A stretch of DNA of 64,000 nucleotides from an uncultured Acidobacteriota bacterium (lineage in GTDB: Bacteria > Acidobacteriota > Thermoanaerobaculia > UBA5066 > Gp7-AA6): the NCBI GenBank assembly GCA_963764715.1, contig CAVXTP010000001.1:11504-75503 (forward strand), written 5' to 3'. This document shows, in pieces, positions 27,967 to 38,292 of the stretch. The first letter of the stretch is position 1, and every line of letters begins with the position of its first letter. The notes beneath the pieces are model-generated. The model had not been told where the DNA came from. It saw only the letters and a list, made by a program, of their open reading frames with translations, and did no database searches. Both the position numbers and the translations under genes were made by a program.

Positions 27967-30546
27967 CTATTTCAGGCCTTCGACGAGCTGGAGATAGGAC
28001 AGAACCCGCAAATAGCTGTACGCGTAGAAGCTGCCGTCGGGAGTGCACACGAAACGGCTGGCGCCCGCGAGGCCCGCGGCGTCGGCGGGCGAAACTTCCT
28101 TCCAGAGGTCGAGCCGGCCCGTGACCGGGTCATACCGCCAGACCTGCATCGGAAGTCGGTTGGCGTCCTGCACGAAGAGGCTCCGCCCGTCCGGCGCCCA
28201 GCGGATGGGGCGATGGTTGGAGGTCAGGCCCGGGAGCGCGGTGGGCTCGCCGCCCCCGACGGCGTAAAGATAGATCCGCTGGTCCGGGCCGCTCACGACG
28301 ACGGACTTTCCGTCGGGCGTCACGGTTCCCCGGAAAAGCGAATAGCCTTCCGGCGAAATGGCGCGCGCTTTCGCTCCCGCGATGTCCCGCACGTACAGCC
28401 GCGTTCCCCGGCCGGCCTCGGACGCGGTAAAGATCAGCGTCTTCCCGTCGGGAAGAAAGTCGGCGTTGAACACGTCGAGCCCGTCGTGCGAAAGAGCCCG
28501 GGGCTCGCCCACGCTCGTGGGAAGCAGGTGAATCTGCGGGGTGGCCGTGTGCGTGATTGCGATCGCCCAAGCGCCGTCGGGCGAGAACGCCTCGGTGGAG
28601 CCGTCGCCGATTCGCACCGCCGGAGTGCCGTCGAAGCCCCGAAGGTATGAGGAGTAGGCGGGACCGCCGCCCTCTCCCGACTCCGTAATGAGGATCTTGC
28701 TCCCGTCGGAGCGAATGTCGGTCACGAGGGAGTAGTCGAGCCACGAAAGCTCCCGCTCCTTGGCATCGCTCGGCCCCCGCGCCAGAATCCCGAGCCGGGC
28801 GCTCTCGTTGGTCATCAACACCCGCCCCTGCTGAGAAATGTCGCGGATCGTGCTGATGCCCGGCACGCGCCCGACCAGGCGCACCTTCCCGGACAGCGTC
28901 ACGCCGTGGACGGCCCGGTTGAAGCCGCCCACGGCCGCCGTGTACCAGATCTCGCTGCCGTCCGGCCTCCAGACGAGGCCCTGGGCCGTCGCATAGAGAG
29001 GCGACACGTCCCGCTTCTTCCCGGCCCGATCCACGACGGAGACGACCCCCCCGTCGTCGTTGGGGACCTGATGGTCGAGGAAGGCGACGAGCCCCCCATC
29101 CGGAGAGATCCGAGGGTGGCTGATCCAGCCCGAGGTTTCGTAGAGCACCTTCCCGATCGGATACTCCACGCGACACTTCGCGCCGACGTCCCGCACGATC
29201 GCCAGGTCCTTCCCGTCGGGAGACCAGTCCGCGAACTGGACGTCGTCGAGGATGTCGCGCGGAGCGCCCCCGGCGATCGATATCCGGGCGAGCCGGCCCG
29301 TCGTCACGAAAGCTTTCGAGCGACGGGGAGCGAGCTTGATCGCCATCTCGCCGGCCTTCGAGATGGCGAGCACCTCGGCGGGGGGCAGGCCGAAGGGCCG
29401 CGATTCCGGGCTTTCCGGTCGGTTGATGAAGATCTCGAAGGGCGCCCCTTCCCAGGCGGCGGAATAGACGACCGTCTGGCCGTCCGGGGCGAAGAGCGAG
29501 CCCGCGACCTCGCCGCGCGAGAACGTGATCTGGTGAAACTCGGGCGGTTCGACGACGCCGGCCTTCTTGCCGGCGGAGTAGAGGAACGGCGCGGCGATGG
29601 CCGCGCCGAGGACCGCCGCGAGGATCAGCGCCGGCCAGGGCCGCTTCTTCCCGGCCGACGGCAGGGCGCGCACGCCGGTCGTCGTCCCGGAGACGCCGGA
29701 GAGCGCCTCGAGGTCGAACGCGACGTCGCGCGCCGACTCGAACCGCTCCTCCGGGTTCTTCTCCAGGCAGTGCCGCACGATCCGGTCGAGGCCCGGATGC
29801 ACCTCCTTGTTCGTCGCGGACAGGTCGGGCGGCTCCTTGGTCAGGATCGCCGTGATCGTATCGGCCGCCGTGTCCCCGCGGAATGCGCGCTGGCCCGAGA
29901 GCATCTCGTACAGGATCGTCCCGAACGCGAAGATGTCGGACCGGCGGTCGGCGGCCTTCCCGCGCACCTGCTCGGGCGCCATGTAGCCCATCGTGCCGAG
30001 GACGACGCCGGGCTCGGTGCCGCCCGAGACGGTGTTCATGTCCGTCTGGCCGTGCTCGTCCCGCTCGGTCTTCAGCTTCGCCAGTCCGAAGTCGAGGATC
30101 TTCACCCGCCCGTCCTTCGTCAGGAAGAGGTTCTCGGGCTTGAGGTCCCGATGCACGATCCCCTTCTCGTGCGCGGCCGCGAGACCCCGCGCCATCTGGA
30201 CGGCGTACTCGATGGCCTTCCGCACCGGGAGCGAGCCCGTCAGCAGCCGCGCCCGCAGCGTTTCGCCTTCGAGGAGCTCCGTCACGATGTAGGGCGCGCC
30301 CGCGTGCATTCCGAAGTCGTAGACCGCGGTGATGCCCGGATGGTTCAGCACGCCCGCCGCCCGCGCCTCCTGCTCGAAGCGCTTGAGGCGGTCGGGGTCC
30401 TGCGAGAAGGTCGCGGGCAGCACCTTGATCGCCACGTCGCGCCCCAGCCGCGGATCCTTCGCCCGGTAGACCTCGCCCATGCCGCCCGCGCCGATCGGCG
30501 CGAGGATCTCGTAGGGACCGAGCTTCGATCCGGCGGAAAGCGTCAC
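27967..30546 (-). CDS. receptor-type Ser/Thr protein kinase with TolB-like beta-propeller (paralog 2)
   Basis: Same architecture as paralog 1. N-terminus nearly identical to paralog 3. Confidence 0.8.
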   Translation of the reverse strand: MTLSAGSKLGPYEILAPIGAGGMGEVYRAKDPRLGRDVAIKVLPATFSQDPDRLKRFEQEARAAGVLNHPGITAVYDFGMHAGAPYIVTELLEGETLRARLLTGSLPVRKAIEYAVQMARGLAAAHEKGIVHRDLKPENLFLTKDGRVKILDFGLAKLKTERDEHGQTDMNTVSGGTEPGVVLGTMGYMAPEQVRGKAADRRSDIFAFGTILYEMLSGQRAFRGDTAADTITAILTKEPPDLSATNKEVHPGLDRIVRHCLEKNPEERFESARDVAFDLEALSGVSGTTTGVRALPSAGKKRPWPALILAAVLGAAIAAPFLYSAGKKAGVVEPPEFHQITFSRGEVAGSLFAPDGQTVVYSAAWEGAPFEIFINRPESPESRPFGLPPAEVLAISKAGEMAIKLAPRRSKAFVTTGRLARISIAGGAPRDILDDVQFADWSPDGKDLAIVRDVGAKCRVEYPIGKVLYETSGWISHPRISPDGGLVAFLDHQVPNDDGGVVSVVDRAGKKRDVSPLYATAQGLVWRPDGSEIWYTAAVGGFNRAVHGVTLSGKVRLVGRVPGISTIRDISQQGRVLMTNESARLGILARGPSDAKERELSWLDYSLVTDIRSDGSKILITESGEGGGPAYSSYLRGFDGTPAVRIGDGSTEAFSPDGAWAIAITHTATPQIHLLPTSVGEPRALSHDGLDVFNADFLPDGKTLIFTASEAGRGTRLYVRDIAGAKARAISPEGYSLFRGTVTPDGKSVVVSGPDQRIYLYAVGGGEPTALPGLTSNHRPIRWAPDGRSLFVQDANRLPMQVWRYDPVTGRLDLWKEVSPADAAGLAGASRFVCTPDGSFYAYSYLRVLSYLQLVEGLK

Positions 30547-33128
30547 TTCAAGCCCTCGACGAGATACAGGTCCGACAGCGTGCGCTGAAAGCTGTAGACG
30601 TAACCTGTGCCGTCCGGAGTGATGATGATCGGCGCGATGTCGACGATCCCCGAACCGTCGGCCGGCATGACCTCGCGCACGAAGTCCTTCTTTCCGGTGC
30701 CGAGGTCCAGTCGAAACACGCGCCCGGGCAGATCGCGTCTTCGGAAGACGTAGAGGGATTTGCCGCCGGCTCCCCAGCCTGCAGGCGACTCGTCATCGGC
30801 GAGTCCCGGGACCGGAACGGGCTCGCCACCGGCCATGGGATAGAAGTAGCGCTTCCGGTCGGGCCCGACGACCAGGACCCGGGTGCCGTCCGGCGTGACG
30901 CCTCGGGAGAACGACCGATACCCCTCCGGCGTCAGCGCCCGCGGTTTGCCGGCTTCGATCGGGATGACCCAGATCCGCGGGCCGTGCCCCGGCTCGTTCG
31001 CCGTGAAAACGATGCTCTTTCCGTCGGGGGTGAACGAGCTTCCGCCCTGGGTCTCGAGATCACCCGTCGCAAGGACCTTTTTCTCGCCGGCCCCCGTCGG
31101 GTAGAGGGTGATGGTGCGTTTCTCCCGACCGACCTGGACCGCGGCCCATTGCCCGTCGGGGGAAAGCGCCTGGCCGCCACCCTCGCCGAGACGGACCGGG
31201 GGCGCGCCATCGGTGCTCCGAACGAAGGTCGAGTACGCCGGACCCGAGCCTTCGCCGGTTTCCGAAAAGAGAATCGTTTTCCCGTCGTCGGAAAGGTCGA
31301 AGAGCGAGGACCAGTCGAGCCACGTGAGCTCCTTCTCCCTGGCCTGGCCTTCCCTCCCCCCGAGGATCCCGATGCGGATCGAGTCGTGCGCGACGAGGAC
31401 GCGCCCGTCCCGCGAAACGTCCTGGAGCGTGAGGCTCTGCGTCACCCGGGCGAGCAGGCGTTCGCCGCCGCTCAGCAGAAAGGCGTGAATCGCGCGATTG
31501 CCCCCCACCTTGGCTCCGGTGACCCAGATCTCCTTCCCGTTCGGCGACCACGCGAGGCCGTATTCCGACGAGAACGCCCCGGCGAGCGACGTCTTTTTCC
31601 CGGCCCGGTCGACGATCGCGACCGACCCTCCGTCGTCGCCGCGCTGCGGATGGTCGAGAAAGGCGACGATTTTGCCGTCGGGAGAAACGCGCGCATGGCT
31701 GATCCAGCCGGCCGTCTGGTAGAGGACCTTCCCCGCGGGAAACTCGAGCTGGTTGCGCAGGTTCACGTCCCGAACGAGCGCCAGATCTTTCCCGCCCGGC
31801 CCCCAGTCCGCCCATTGCACTTCTTTGTGGATCTCGCGGGGAGCGACTCCGCCGCTCACGCCCACCTCGGCGAGCGTGCCGCTCCGGGTGAAGGGCCCGT
31901 CGTTGTGGCGGTCGAGCGAGACCGCCATTTCGCCGGTCTCGGAGATCGCGAGAAGGTCCGCGCCGACGAGGCCGAACACGCGGGACTCGGGGCGGTCCGT
32001 GCGGGTCGAGAAGAGCTCGACCGGCCTTCCGTCCCACGCCGCCGCGTAGACCACGGTCTGGCCGTCGGGCGCGAACCTCGCGGAGTAGACCTCGCCCCGC
32101 CGGAACGTGAGCTGCTGGTAGTTCGGCGGCGGAACGTAACCCGCCTTCTTGCCGTACCGGTATCCGGCCGCGACGCCGGCCGCGAGGGCGAGCAGGGCGG
32201 CGAGAAGCGCCGGCCCGATCCAACGCGAGCGCTTCGCCACGACCGGGGTGAGGACGGCGCCCGTCTGCGAGGAGACGCTCGAAAGGGATTCCAGGTCGAA
32301 CGCGACGTCCCGCGCCGACTCGAAACGCTCCTCCGGGTTCTTCTCGAGGCAGTGCCGCACGATCCGGTCGAGGCCGGGATGGATTTCCTTGTTGGTCTGC
32401 GAGAGGTCCGGCGGCTCCTTGGTCAGGATCGCCGTGATCGTGTCCGCCGCCGTGTCCCCGCGGAACGCGCGCTGACCCGACAGCATCTCGTAGAGGATCG
32501 TTCCGAACGCGAAGATGTCCGACCGCCGGTCGGCCGTCTTGCCCCGCACCTGCTCCGGCGCCATGTAGCCCATCGTCCCCAGCACGACGCCCGGTGTCGT
32601 CCCGCCCGAGACGGTCTGCATGTCGGTCTGGCTGCCGTCGCCCTTCTCGGTCTTCAGCTTCGCGAGGCCGAAGTCGAGAATCTTCACCCGTCCGTCCTTC
32701 GTGAGGAAGACGTTCTCGGGCTTCAGGTCCCGGTGGATGATCCCCTTCTCGTGCGCCGCCGCGAGACCCTTCGCGAGCTGCACGGCATAGTCGACGGCCT
32801 TGCGGACCGGCAGCGAACCGGAGAGAAGGCGCGCCCGGAGCGTCTCGCCCTCGAGAAGCTCGGTCACGATGTACGGCGCATCGTCGTGCGTCCCGAAATC
32901 GTAGACCGCCGTGATGTTCGGGTGGTTCAGAAGGCCCGCGGCGCGCGCCTCCTGCTCGAAGCGCTTGAGGCGGTCCGGGTCCTGCGAAAACGACGCCGGG
33001 AGCACCTTGATCGCGACGTCGCGCGAAAGGCGCGGGTCCTTCGCCCGGTAGACCTCGCCCATCCCTCCCGCGCCGAGCGGCGAGAGGATCTCGTAGGGAC
33101 CGAGCTTGTTTCCGGCGGAGAGCGTCAT
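30543..33128 (-). CDS. receptor-type Ser/Thr protein kinase with TolB-like beta-propeller (paralog 3)
   Basis: Same architecture as paralog 1. ATGA overlap with paralog 2. Confidence 0.8.
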   Translation of the reverse strand: MTLSAGNKLGPYEILSPLGAGGMGEVYRAKDPRLSRDVAIKVLPASFSQDPDRLKRFEQEARAAGLLNHPNITAVYDFGTHDDAPYIVTELLEGETLRARLLSGSLPVRKAVDYAVQLAKGLAAAHEKGIIHRDLKPENVFLTKDGRVKILDFGLAKLKTEKGDGSQTDMQTVSGGTTPGVVLGTMGYMAPEQVRGKTADRRSDIFAFGTILYEMLSGQRAFRGDTAADTITAILTKEPPDLSQTNKEIHPGLDRIVRHCLEKNPEERFESARDVAFDLESLSSVSSQTGAVLTPVVAKRSRWIGPALLAALLALAAGVAAGYRYGKKAGYVPPPNYQQLTFRRGEVYSARFAPDGQTVVYAAAWDGRPVELFSTRTDRPESRVFGLVGADLLAISETGEMAVSLDRHNDGPFTRSGTLAEVGVSGGVAPREIHKEVQWADWGPGGKDLALVRDVNLRNQLEFPAGKVLYQTAGWISHARVSPDGKIVAFLDHPQRGDDGGSVAIVDRAGKKTSLAGAFSSEYGLAWSPNGKEIWVTGAKVGGNRAIHAFLLSGGERLLARVTQSLTLQDVSRDGRVLVAHDSIRIGILGGREGQAREKELTWLDWSSLFDLSDDGKTILFSETGEGSGPAYSTFVRSTDGAPPVRLGEGGGQALSPDGQWAAVQVGREKRTITLYPTGAGEKKVLATGDLETQGGSSFTPDGKSIVFTANEPGHGPRIWVIPIEAGKPRALTPEGYRSFSRGVTPDGTRVLVVGPDRKRYFYPMAGGEPVPVPGLADDESPAGWGAGGKSLYVFRRRDLPGRVFRLDLGTGKKDFVREVMPADGSGIVDIAPIIITPDGTGYVYSFQRTLSDLYLVEGLK

Positions 33129-33154
33129 TAAGGCGGCAGGATTCTAACCGCGAA

Positions 33155-35725
33155 TCACTTGACGCCGTCGACGAGGTAGAGGTCCGACAGCAGCCGGAAG
33201 TAGCCGTAGACGTAGGACTGGCCGTCGCTCGCCGGCCCAGGATTGATGTTCGAGACGCCTGCGGCGTCGGCCGGCATCAGCGTTCGCCAGAGCTCCTTCT
33301 TCCCCGTGGCGAGCTCCAGGCGGTAGGCCTTCGCCGGCACTTCGCTGCGTCGGTGAACATAGAGAAAGCGGCCGTCGGCGCTGCGCTGGTCGACCGAGTC
33401 GTCGTCGTCGAGCCCCGTTATGGGAGAAGGTTCTCCGCCAGCGAGCGGATAGAGGTAACGCCGTCGATCCGGGCCGCCGACGACGGTCCACTTTCCGTCG
33501 GGAGCGGTGACTCCGGCCAGCGAGTAGCCCTCCGGAGTCAGGGCCTTGGGCTTGCCGCCCGCCACGTCGAGCCGGAAGACCCGCGAGCCGCGGCCCGGTT
33601 CGGCCGCCTCGATGAGAACGCTCTTTCCGTCGGGGACCCACGCGGCTCCGAAAACCCTGAGGCCGTCGGTCTTGAAGACCTTCATCTCTCCCGCCCGGGT
33701 CGGATACGCAACGAGGCGGGGATCGGAGGACGTGCGCTGGATCGCCAGTGCCCACTCTCCGTCCAGCGACAGGTCCCGGGCTCCGCCCTCGCCCAGCCTC
33801 ACGGCCGGAGAGCCGTCCGTCTTCCGTATGTAGACGGAGTACCCGGCGCCTCCTCCCTCCCCTGTCTCGGAGAAGAGGATCGTCCGGCCGTCGGCGGCGA
33901 TGGCGGCGCCGAGCGTCCAGTCGAGCCAGGTCATGTCGCGCTCCTTCGTCTCGCCCGGAGCCAGGCCGACCATCTCGGAACGAAGCGTGTCGCGCGTGAC
34001 CAGCATGCGGCCTTCCCGCGAGATGTCCTGCAGCGTGAGGCATCCCGGCACCCCGGCGCGAAGCGCCGCCTTCCCCGAAAGGGTGGTCACGTAAAGAGCG
34101 CGGTTGCCCCCGACCTCCGTCGCCGTGAACCAGATCCGCCCGTCGGCGCTCCATGCGAGACCCTGCGCCGACGCAAACGACTGCGAGGCTGTCCGCTTCT
34201 TCCCGGAGCGGTCGACCACCGCGATCGACCCGCCGTCGTCCCCGGGCGTGGGATGGTCGTCGAAGGCCACGAGCTCTCCGTCGGGCGAAACGCGCAGGTG
34301 ACTGACCCATCCGCTCGTCTCGTAGACGGTCTTGCCGACCGGGTACTCGATTCGGCTCTTTCCAGCTCCTCGGAGAGAGACGGCAAGGGCCTTGCCGTCG
34401 GGCGCCCAGTCCGCCCATTCCACCCCTTCGAGGATCTCGCGTGGCGCCGCGCCCCCCGCGACGGAGATCTGCGCGAGCGTTCCCTGGCGCCGGAACCCAC
34501 TCACGGATCTCCGGTTGAGCGAAACGGCCATGTCCCCCGTTCGCGAGATCGCGAGGAGCTCCGCGCCGACGAGGCCGAACGGCCGCGATTCCGGGCTCTC
34601 GGGACGCCCCACGAAGATCTCCATGGGGCCGCCGTCCCAGGCGGAGGAGTACACGACCGTCTGGCCGTCGGGTGCGAAGCGCGCGGCGTAGATCGTGCCG
34701 CGGCGGAAGGTGAGCTGACGAAACGACGGCGTGTCGAACTTCACCGTGCCGCGGCCGAGGAAGAACGTCGCCGCCATACCCGCGACTGCGAGCGCGCCGA
34801 CGAGGAGAAGCGCCCGGCGCGGCCGCGACATCACGACCCCCTTCGCCGCCGCGGCGACCGCCGCCGGGGTCGACCCGGACAGCGCCTGGAGGTCGAACGC
34901 CAGATCGTGCGCCGAGTGGAAACGTTCCTCGGGGTTCTTCTCGAGGCAGTGGCGCACCACGCGCTCGAGGCCCGGCGCCACGTTCTTGTTCGTCGCGGAA
35001 AGGTCCGGCGGCTCCTCGCGCAGGATCGCCGACATCGTCTCGGCCGCGGTGTCGCGGTGGAAGGCGCGCGATCCCGAGAGCATCTCGTAGAGCACTGCCC
35101 CGAACGCGAAGATGTCCGAGCGAGCGTCCGCCGGCTTTCCCTTGACCTGCTCGGGCGCCATGTAGCCGAGCGTCCCGAGGACGACGCCGGGCTCCGTCCC
35201 GTCCGCCGTCGGAAGGTTGGTCTGGGGATTCGTTTGATTTTCGGGCTGGGTCAGCTTCGCCAGGCCGAAGTCGAGGATCTTGACCCGCCCGTCCTTCGTC
35301 AGGAACAGGTTCTCGGGCTTCAGGTCGCGGTGGACGATGCCCTTCTCGTGCGCCGCCGCGAGACCGCGCGCGATCTGCGTCGCGTAGTCGGTGGCCTTGC
35401 GGACCGGCAGCGCTCCGCCCGAGAGGCGCGCGCGCAGCGTCTCCCCTTCGAGGAGCTCCGTGACGATGTACGGCGCGCCGTCGTGGGTGCCGAGGTCGTG
35501 GACGGCGGTGATGTTCGGGTGGTTGAGCCCGCCGGCCGTCTGGGCCTCCTGCTCGAAGCGCCGCAGCCGTTCCGGGTCGCCCGAGTACGACGCCGGCAGG
35601 ACCTTGACGGCGACCTCGCGCTTCAAGCGCTCGTCGCGCGCCCGGTAGACCTCCCCCATCCCTCCGGCGCCGATCGGCGCGAGGACCTCGTAGGGCCCGA
35701 GCTTCGTTCCGGCGGCGAGGCTCAT
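33155..35725 (-). CDS. receptor-type Ser/Thr protein kinase with TolB-like beta-propeller (paralog 4)
   Basis: Start taken at MSLAAGTKLGPYEV, inside a 1257-aa GC-driven ORF. ATGA overlap with paralog 5. Confidence 0.75.
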   Translation of the reverse strand: MSLAAGTKLGPYEVLAPIGAGGMGEVYRARDERLKREVAVKVLPASYSGDPERLRRFEQEAQTAGGLNHPNITAVHDLGTHDGAPYIVTELLEGETLRARLSGGALPVRKATDYATQIARGLAAAHEKGIVHRDLKPENLFLTKDGRVKILDFGLAKLTQPENQTNPQTNLPTADGTEPGVVLGTLGYMAPEQVKGKPADARSDIFAFGAVLYEMLSGSRAFHRDTAAETMSAILREEPPDLSATNKNVAPGLERVVRHCLEKNPEERFHSAHDLAFDLQALSGSTPAAVAAAAKGVVMSRPRRALLLVGALAVAGMAATFFLGRGTVKFDTPSFRQLTFRRGTIYAARFAPDGQTVVYSSAWDGGPMEIFVGRPESPESRPFGLVGAELLAISRTGDMAVSLNRRSVSGFRRQGTLAQISVAGGAAPREILEGVEWADWAPDGKALAVSLRGAGKSRIEYPVGKTVYETSGWVSHLRVSPDGELVAFDDHPTPGDDGGSIAVVDRSGKKRTASQSFASAQGLAWSADGRIWFTATEVGGNRALYVTTLSGKAALRAGVPGCLTLQDISREGRMLVTRDTLRSEMVGLAPGETKERDMTWLDWTLGAAIAADGRTILFSETGEGGGAGYSVYIRKTDGSPAVRLGEGGARDLSLDGEWALAIQRTSSDPRLVAYPTRAGEMKVFKTDGLRVFGAAWVPDGKSVLIEAAEPGRGSRVFRLDVAGGKPKALTPEGYSLAGVTAPDGKWTVVGGPDRRRYLYPLAGGEPSPITGLDDDDSVDQRSADGRFLYVHRRSEVPAKAYRLELATGKKELWRTLMPADAAGVSNINPGPASDGQSYVYGYFRLLSDLYLVDGVK

Positions 35726-38292
35726 TTCAATCCCTCGACGAGGTAGAGATTCGACAGGTTGCGGAAGTAGCTGTAGGCGTAGGCACCGTTCGGCGCATTT
35801 CGGAACGCGACCAGACCGTTCACGCCGGTCGCGTCGGCCGGAAAGAACTCGCGCCAGAGCTCCTCGCGTCCGGTCTCCGGGTCGAGCGCGTAGATCCGCA
35901 TCGGAATCTCGGTCGAGGTCCCCTTGCGCACGAGAAGGCGGCCGTCGGGCGCCCAACCGGCCAGCGATGATGATGCCTCGAATCCGGGAACCGCCTTCGG
36001 TTCTCCGCCGTCGACCGACACGATGAACGCTTCGCCCTTCGGTCCCCTGGCCGCGAAACGCTTTCCGTCCGGGGACACCGTGGCCCCGCTGACGCCCTCC
36101 GCGGTCAGCGGCCGCGGAGCGCCACCCTCGACGTCGAAGACGTACGTCCGCGCGGCGCGTCCCTTCTCGACGGCGACGCCTAGAAAGTGCCGTCCGTCGG
36201 GCAGCCACCGGGCAGCCCGAACCGCGAGGCCCCCGTTCGGCACCTTCTTCGCTTCGCCGGCGCCCGTCGGGTACACGACGAGCTCGGGCGCGTCGGGCGG
36301 GCCCACGAACGCCAGCACGCTCTTCCCGTCGGCGGAAATGGACTGCGCGTTGCCTTCTCCCAGCCGCACCGCCGGCGAACCGTCGATCGCGCGCACGTAG
36401 ACCGAATAGCCCTTTCCACCGCCCTCGCCCGCTTCGCTGAACAGGACGGTCCGACCGTCCTGGGAGATGTCCGACATCAGGCTCCAGTCGAGCCAGCTCA
36501 GGTCGACTTCCTTCGCGTCGCCGGCGCCGCGGGCGAGAACCCCGATCTGCGCGGTGTCGTGCGAGATGAGGACCCGGCCGTCCCGCGAGACGTCCTCGAG
36601 CGTCAGCGACCCCGCGACGCGGGCGAGCGTCCGAATCCGGCCCGACAGCGTGGCGGAGCGGAGAACGCGGTTGCTGCCGACCTCCGCCGCCGTGAACCAG
36701 ACTTCCGAGCCCCCGGGCGACCAGGCGAGCCCGCTCGACGACGCGTAGACGGGCGAGATCGTGGTCTTCTTCCCGGCGCGGTCGACCACGGCCACGGATC
36801 CTCCGTCGTCGTTGACCGCCGGATGATCCAGGAACGCGATCCGGGCGCCGTCGGGCGAGATACGGGGATTGCCGATCCATCCCGCGGTCTCGAACAGGAC
36901 CTTTCCGGTCGGGAACTCGAGCCGGCACTTGCGGTTCAGGACCCGCACGATCGCGAGGTCCTTGCCGTCGGGAGACCAGTCGGCGTAGTCCACGTTCTCG
37001 AGGAGCTCGCGCGGCGCGCCGCCGGTCGCGCTCACGCGCGCGAGAGTGCCGGCGCGCGTGAAGGCGGTGTCGAAGTCGGCCTTGAGGATGACGGCGACTT
37101 CGCCCGAAGCCGACACGGCCGCGACGTCGGCGCCGGGAAGGCCGAACGGCCGCGACTCCGGGCTGTCGGGACGGCTGACGTAGATCTCGGCGGGCTTGCC
37201 GTCCCAGGCCGCCGTCGTCAGGATCGTCTTCCCGTCGGACCCGAAGCGGGCGCCCCAGATGGCGCCCTTGCGGAACGTGAGCTGGTGGAACGTCGGGGGC
37301 TCGGTCGCTCCCTTCCCGTGGCCGAGGAAATAGCCGACCGCCACGGCGGCCGCGAGGGCCGCGGCGCCGAGCGCGTACGGAACGACGCGCATCCGCGCGG
37401 ACCGCTCCGGGACGGCCGGAACCGCGGTGGAGCCGGTCGTGCCCGACAGGGCCTCGAGGTCGAACGCCAGGTCGTGCGCCGAGTGGAAGCGCTCCTCGGG
37501 ATTCTTTTCGAGGCAGTGCCGCACGACGCGGTCGAGGCCGGGCGCGACGTTCTTGTTGGTCGCCGAGAGGTCCGGCGGATCCTCCCGCAGGATCGCGGAC
37601 ATCGTCTCGGCCGCGGAGTCGCGATGGAAGGCGCGCGAGCCCGAGATCATCTCGTAGAGGACCGCTCCGAACGAGAAGATGTCCGAGCGCGCGTCCGCCT
37701 TCTTTCCCTTGACCTGCTCGGGCGCCATGTAGCCGAGCGTGCCCAGAACGACGCCGGGTTCGGTGCCGTCGGCGGTCGGCAGGTTCGTCTGCGGGCCCGC
37801 AGCGCCATCGGCCTGCGTGAGCTTGGCGAGCCCGAAGTCGAGGATCTTCACCCGCCCGTCGTTGGTGACGAAGAGGTTCTCAGGCTTCAGGTCCCGGTGA
37901 ACGATCCCCTTCTCGTGCGCGGCCGCCAGCCCTCGGGCGACCTGGATCGCGTAATCGGTCGCCTTGCGGACCGGCAGCGCGCCGCCCGAGAGGCGCGCCC
38001 GCAGCGTCTCGCCCTCCAGAAGCTCGGTGACGATGTACGGCGACCCCTCGAACGCGCCGAGCTCGTAGACCGAGGTGATGTTGGGGTGGTTGAGCCCGCC
38101 CGCGGACTGGGCCTCCTGCTCGAACCGGCGCAGCCGCTCCGGGTCCTGCGCGAAGGACGCTGGCAGCACCTTGACCGCGACGTCGCGTTTCAACCGCTCG
38201 TCGCGCGCCCGGTAGACCTCTCCCATCCCGCCGGCGCCGAGCAGGCCGAGGACCTCGTAGGGACCGACCTTCGTACCCGCGGCAAGGCTCAC
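35722..38292 (-). CDS. receptor-type Ser/Thr protein kinase with TolB-like beta-propeller (paralog 5)
   Basis: Same architecture as paralog 1. N-terminus close to paralog 4. Confidence 0.8.
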   Translation of the reverse strand: MSLAAGTKVGPYEVLGLLGAGGMGEVYRARDERLKRDVAVKVLPASFAQDPERLRRFEQEAQSAGGLNHPNITSVYELGAFEGSPYIVTELLEGETLRARLSGGALPVRKATDYAIQVARGLAAAHEKGIVHRDLKPENLFVTNDGRVKILDFGLAKLTQADGAAGPQTNLPTADGTEPGVVLGTLGYMAPEQVKGKKADARSDIFSFGAVLYEMISGSRAFHRDSAAETMSAILREDPPDLSATNKNVAPGLDRVVRHCLEKNPEERFHSAHDLAFDLEALSGTTGSTAVPAVPERSARMRVVPYALGAAALAAAVAVGYFLGHGKGATEPPTFHQLTFRKGAIWGARFGSDGKTILTTAAWDGKPAEIYVSRPDSPESRPFGLPGADVAAVSASGEVAVILKADFDTAFTRAGTLARVSATGGAPRELLENVDYADWSPDGKDLAIVRVLNRKCRLEFPTGKVLFETAGWIGNPRISPDGARIAFLDHPAVNDDGGSVAVVDRAGKKTTISPVYASSSGLAWSPGGSEVWFTAAEVGSNRVLRSATLSGRIRTLARVAGSLTLEDVSRDGRVLISHDTAQIGVLARGAGDAKEVDLSWLDWSLMSDISQDGRTVLFSEAGEGGGKGYSVYVRAIDGSPAVRLGEGNAQSISADGKSVLAFVGPPDAPELVVYPTGAGEAKKVPNGGLAVRAARWLPDGRHFLGVAVEKGRAARTYVFDVEGGAPRPLTAEGVSGATVSPDGKRFAARGPKGEAFIVSVDGGEPKAVPGFEASSSLAGWAPDGRLLVRKGTSTEIPMRIYALDPETGREELWREFFPADATGVNGLVAFRNAPNGAYAYSYFRNLSNLYLVEGLK

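Noticed and set aside
25525-28650. 1041-aa ORF on the plus strand, plus many other 300-900-aa antisense ORFs across 25-43 kb (e.g. 28906-30588, 30984-33131, 33353-35746, 36187-38496, 38427-40907, 41078-43027)
   Set aside because: They run antisense to the kinase genes, which carry clear catalytic motifs. They are Arg/Gly/Asp-rich, low-complexity translations typical of open frames in 70% GC DNA, with no recognisable domains.
33155-36928. single 1257-aa ORF spanning paralog 4 and part of paralog 5
   Set aside because: The N-terminal 400 residues are the out-of-frame read-through of the previous gene's 3' end (Arg/Gly-rich). The conserved kinase N-terminus MSLAAGTKLGPYEV starts internally, giving an 856-aa protein in line with the other paralogs.
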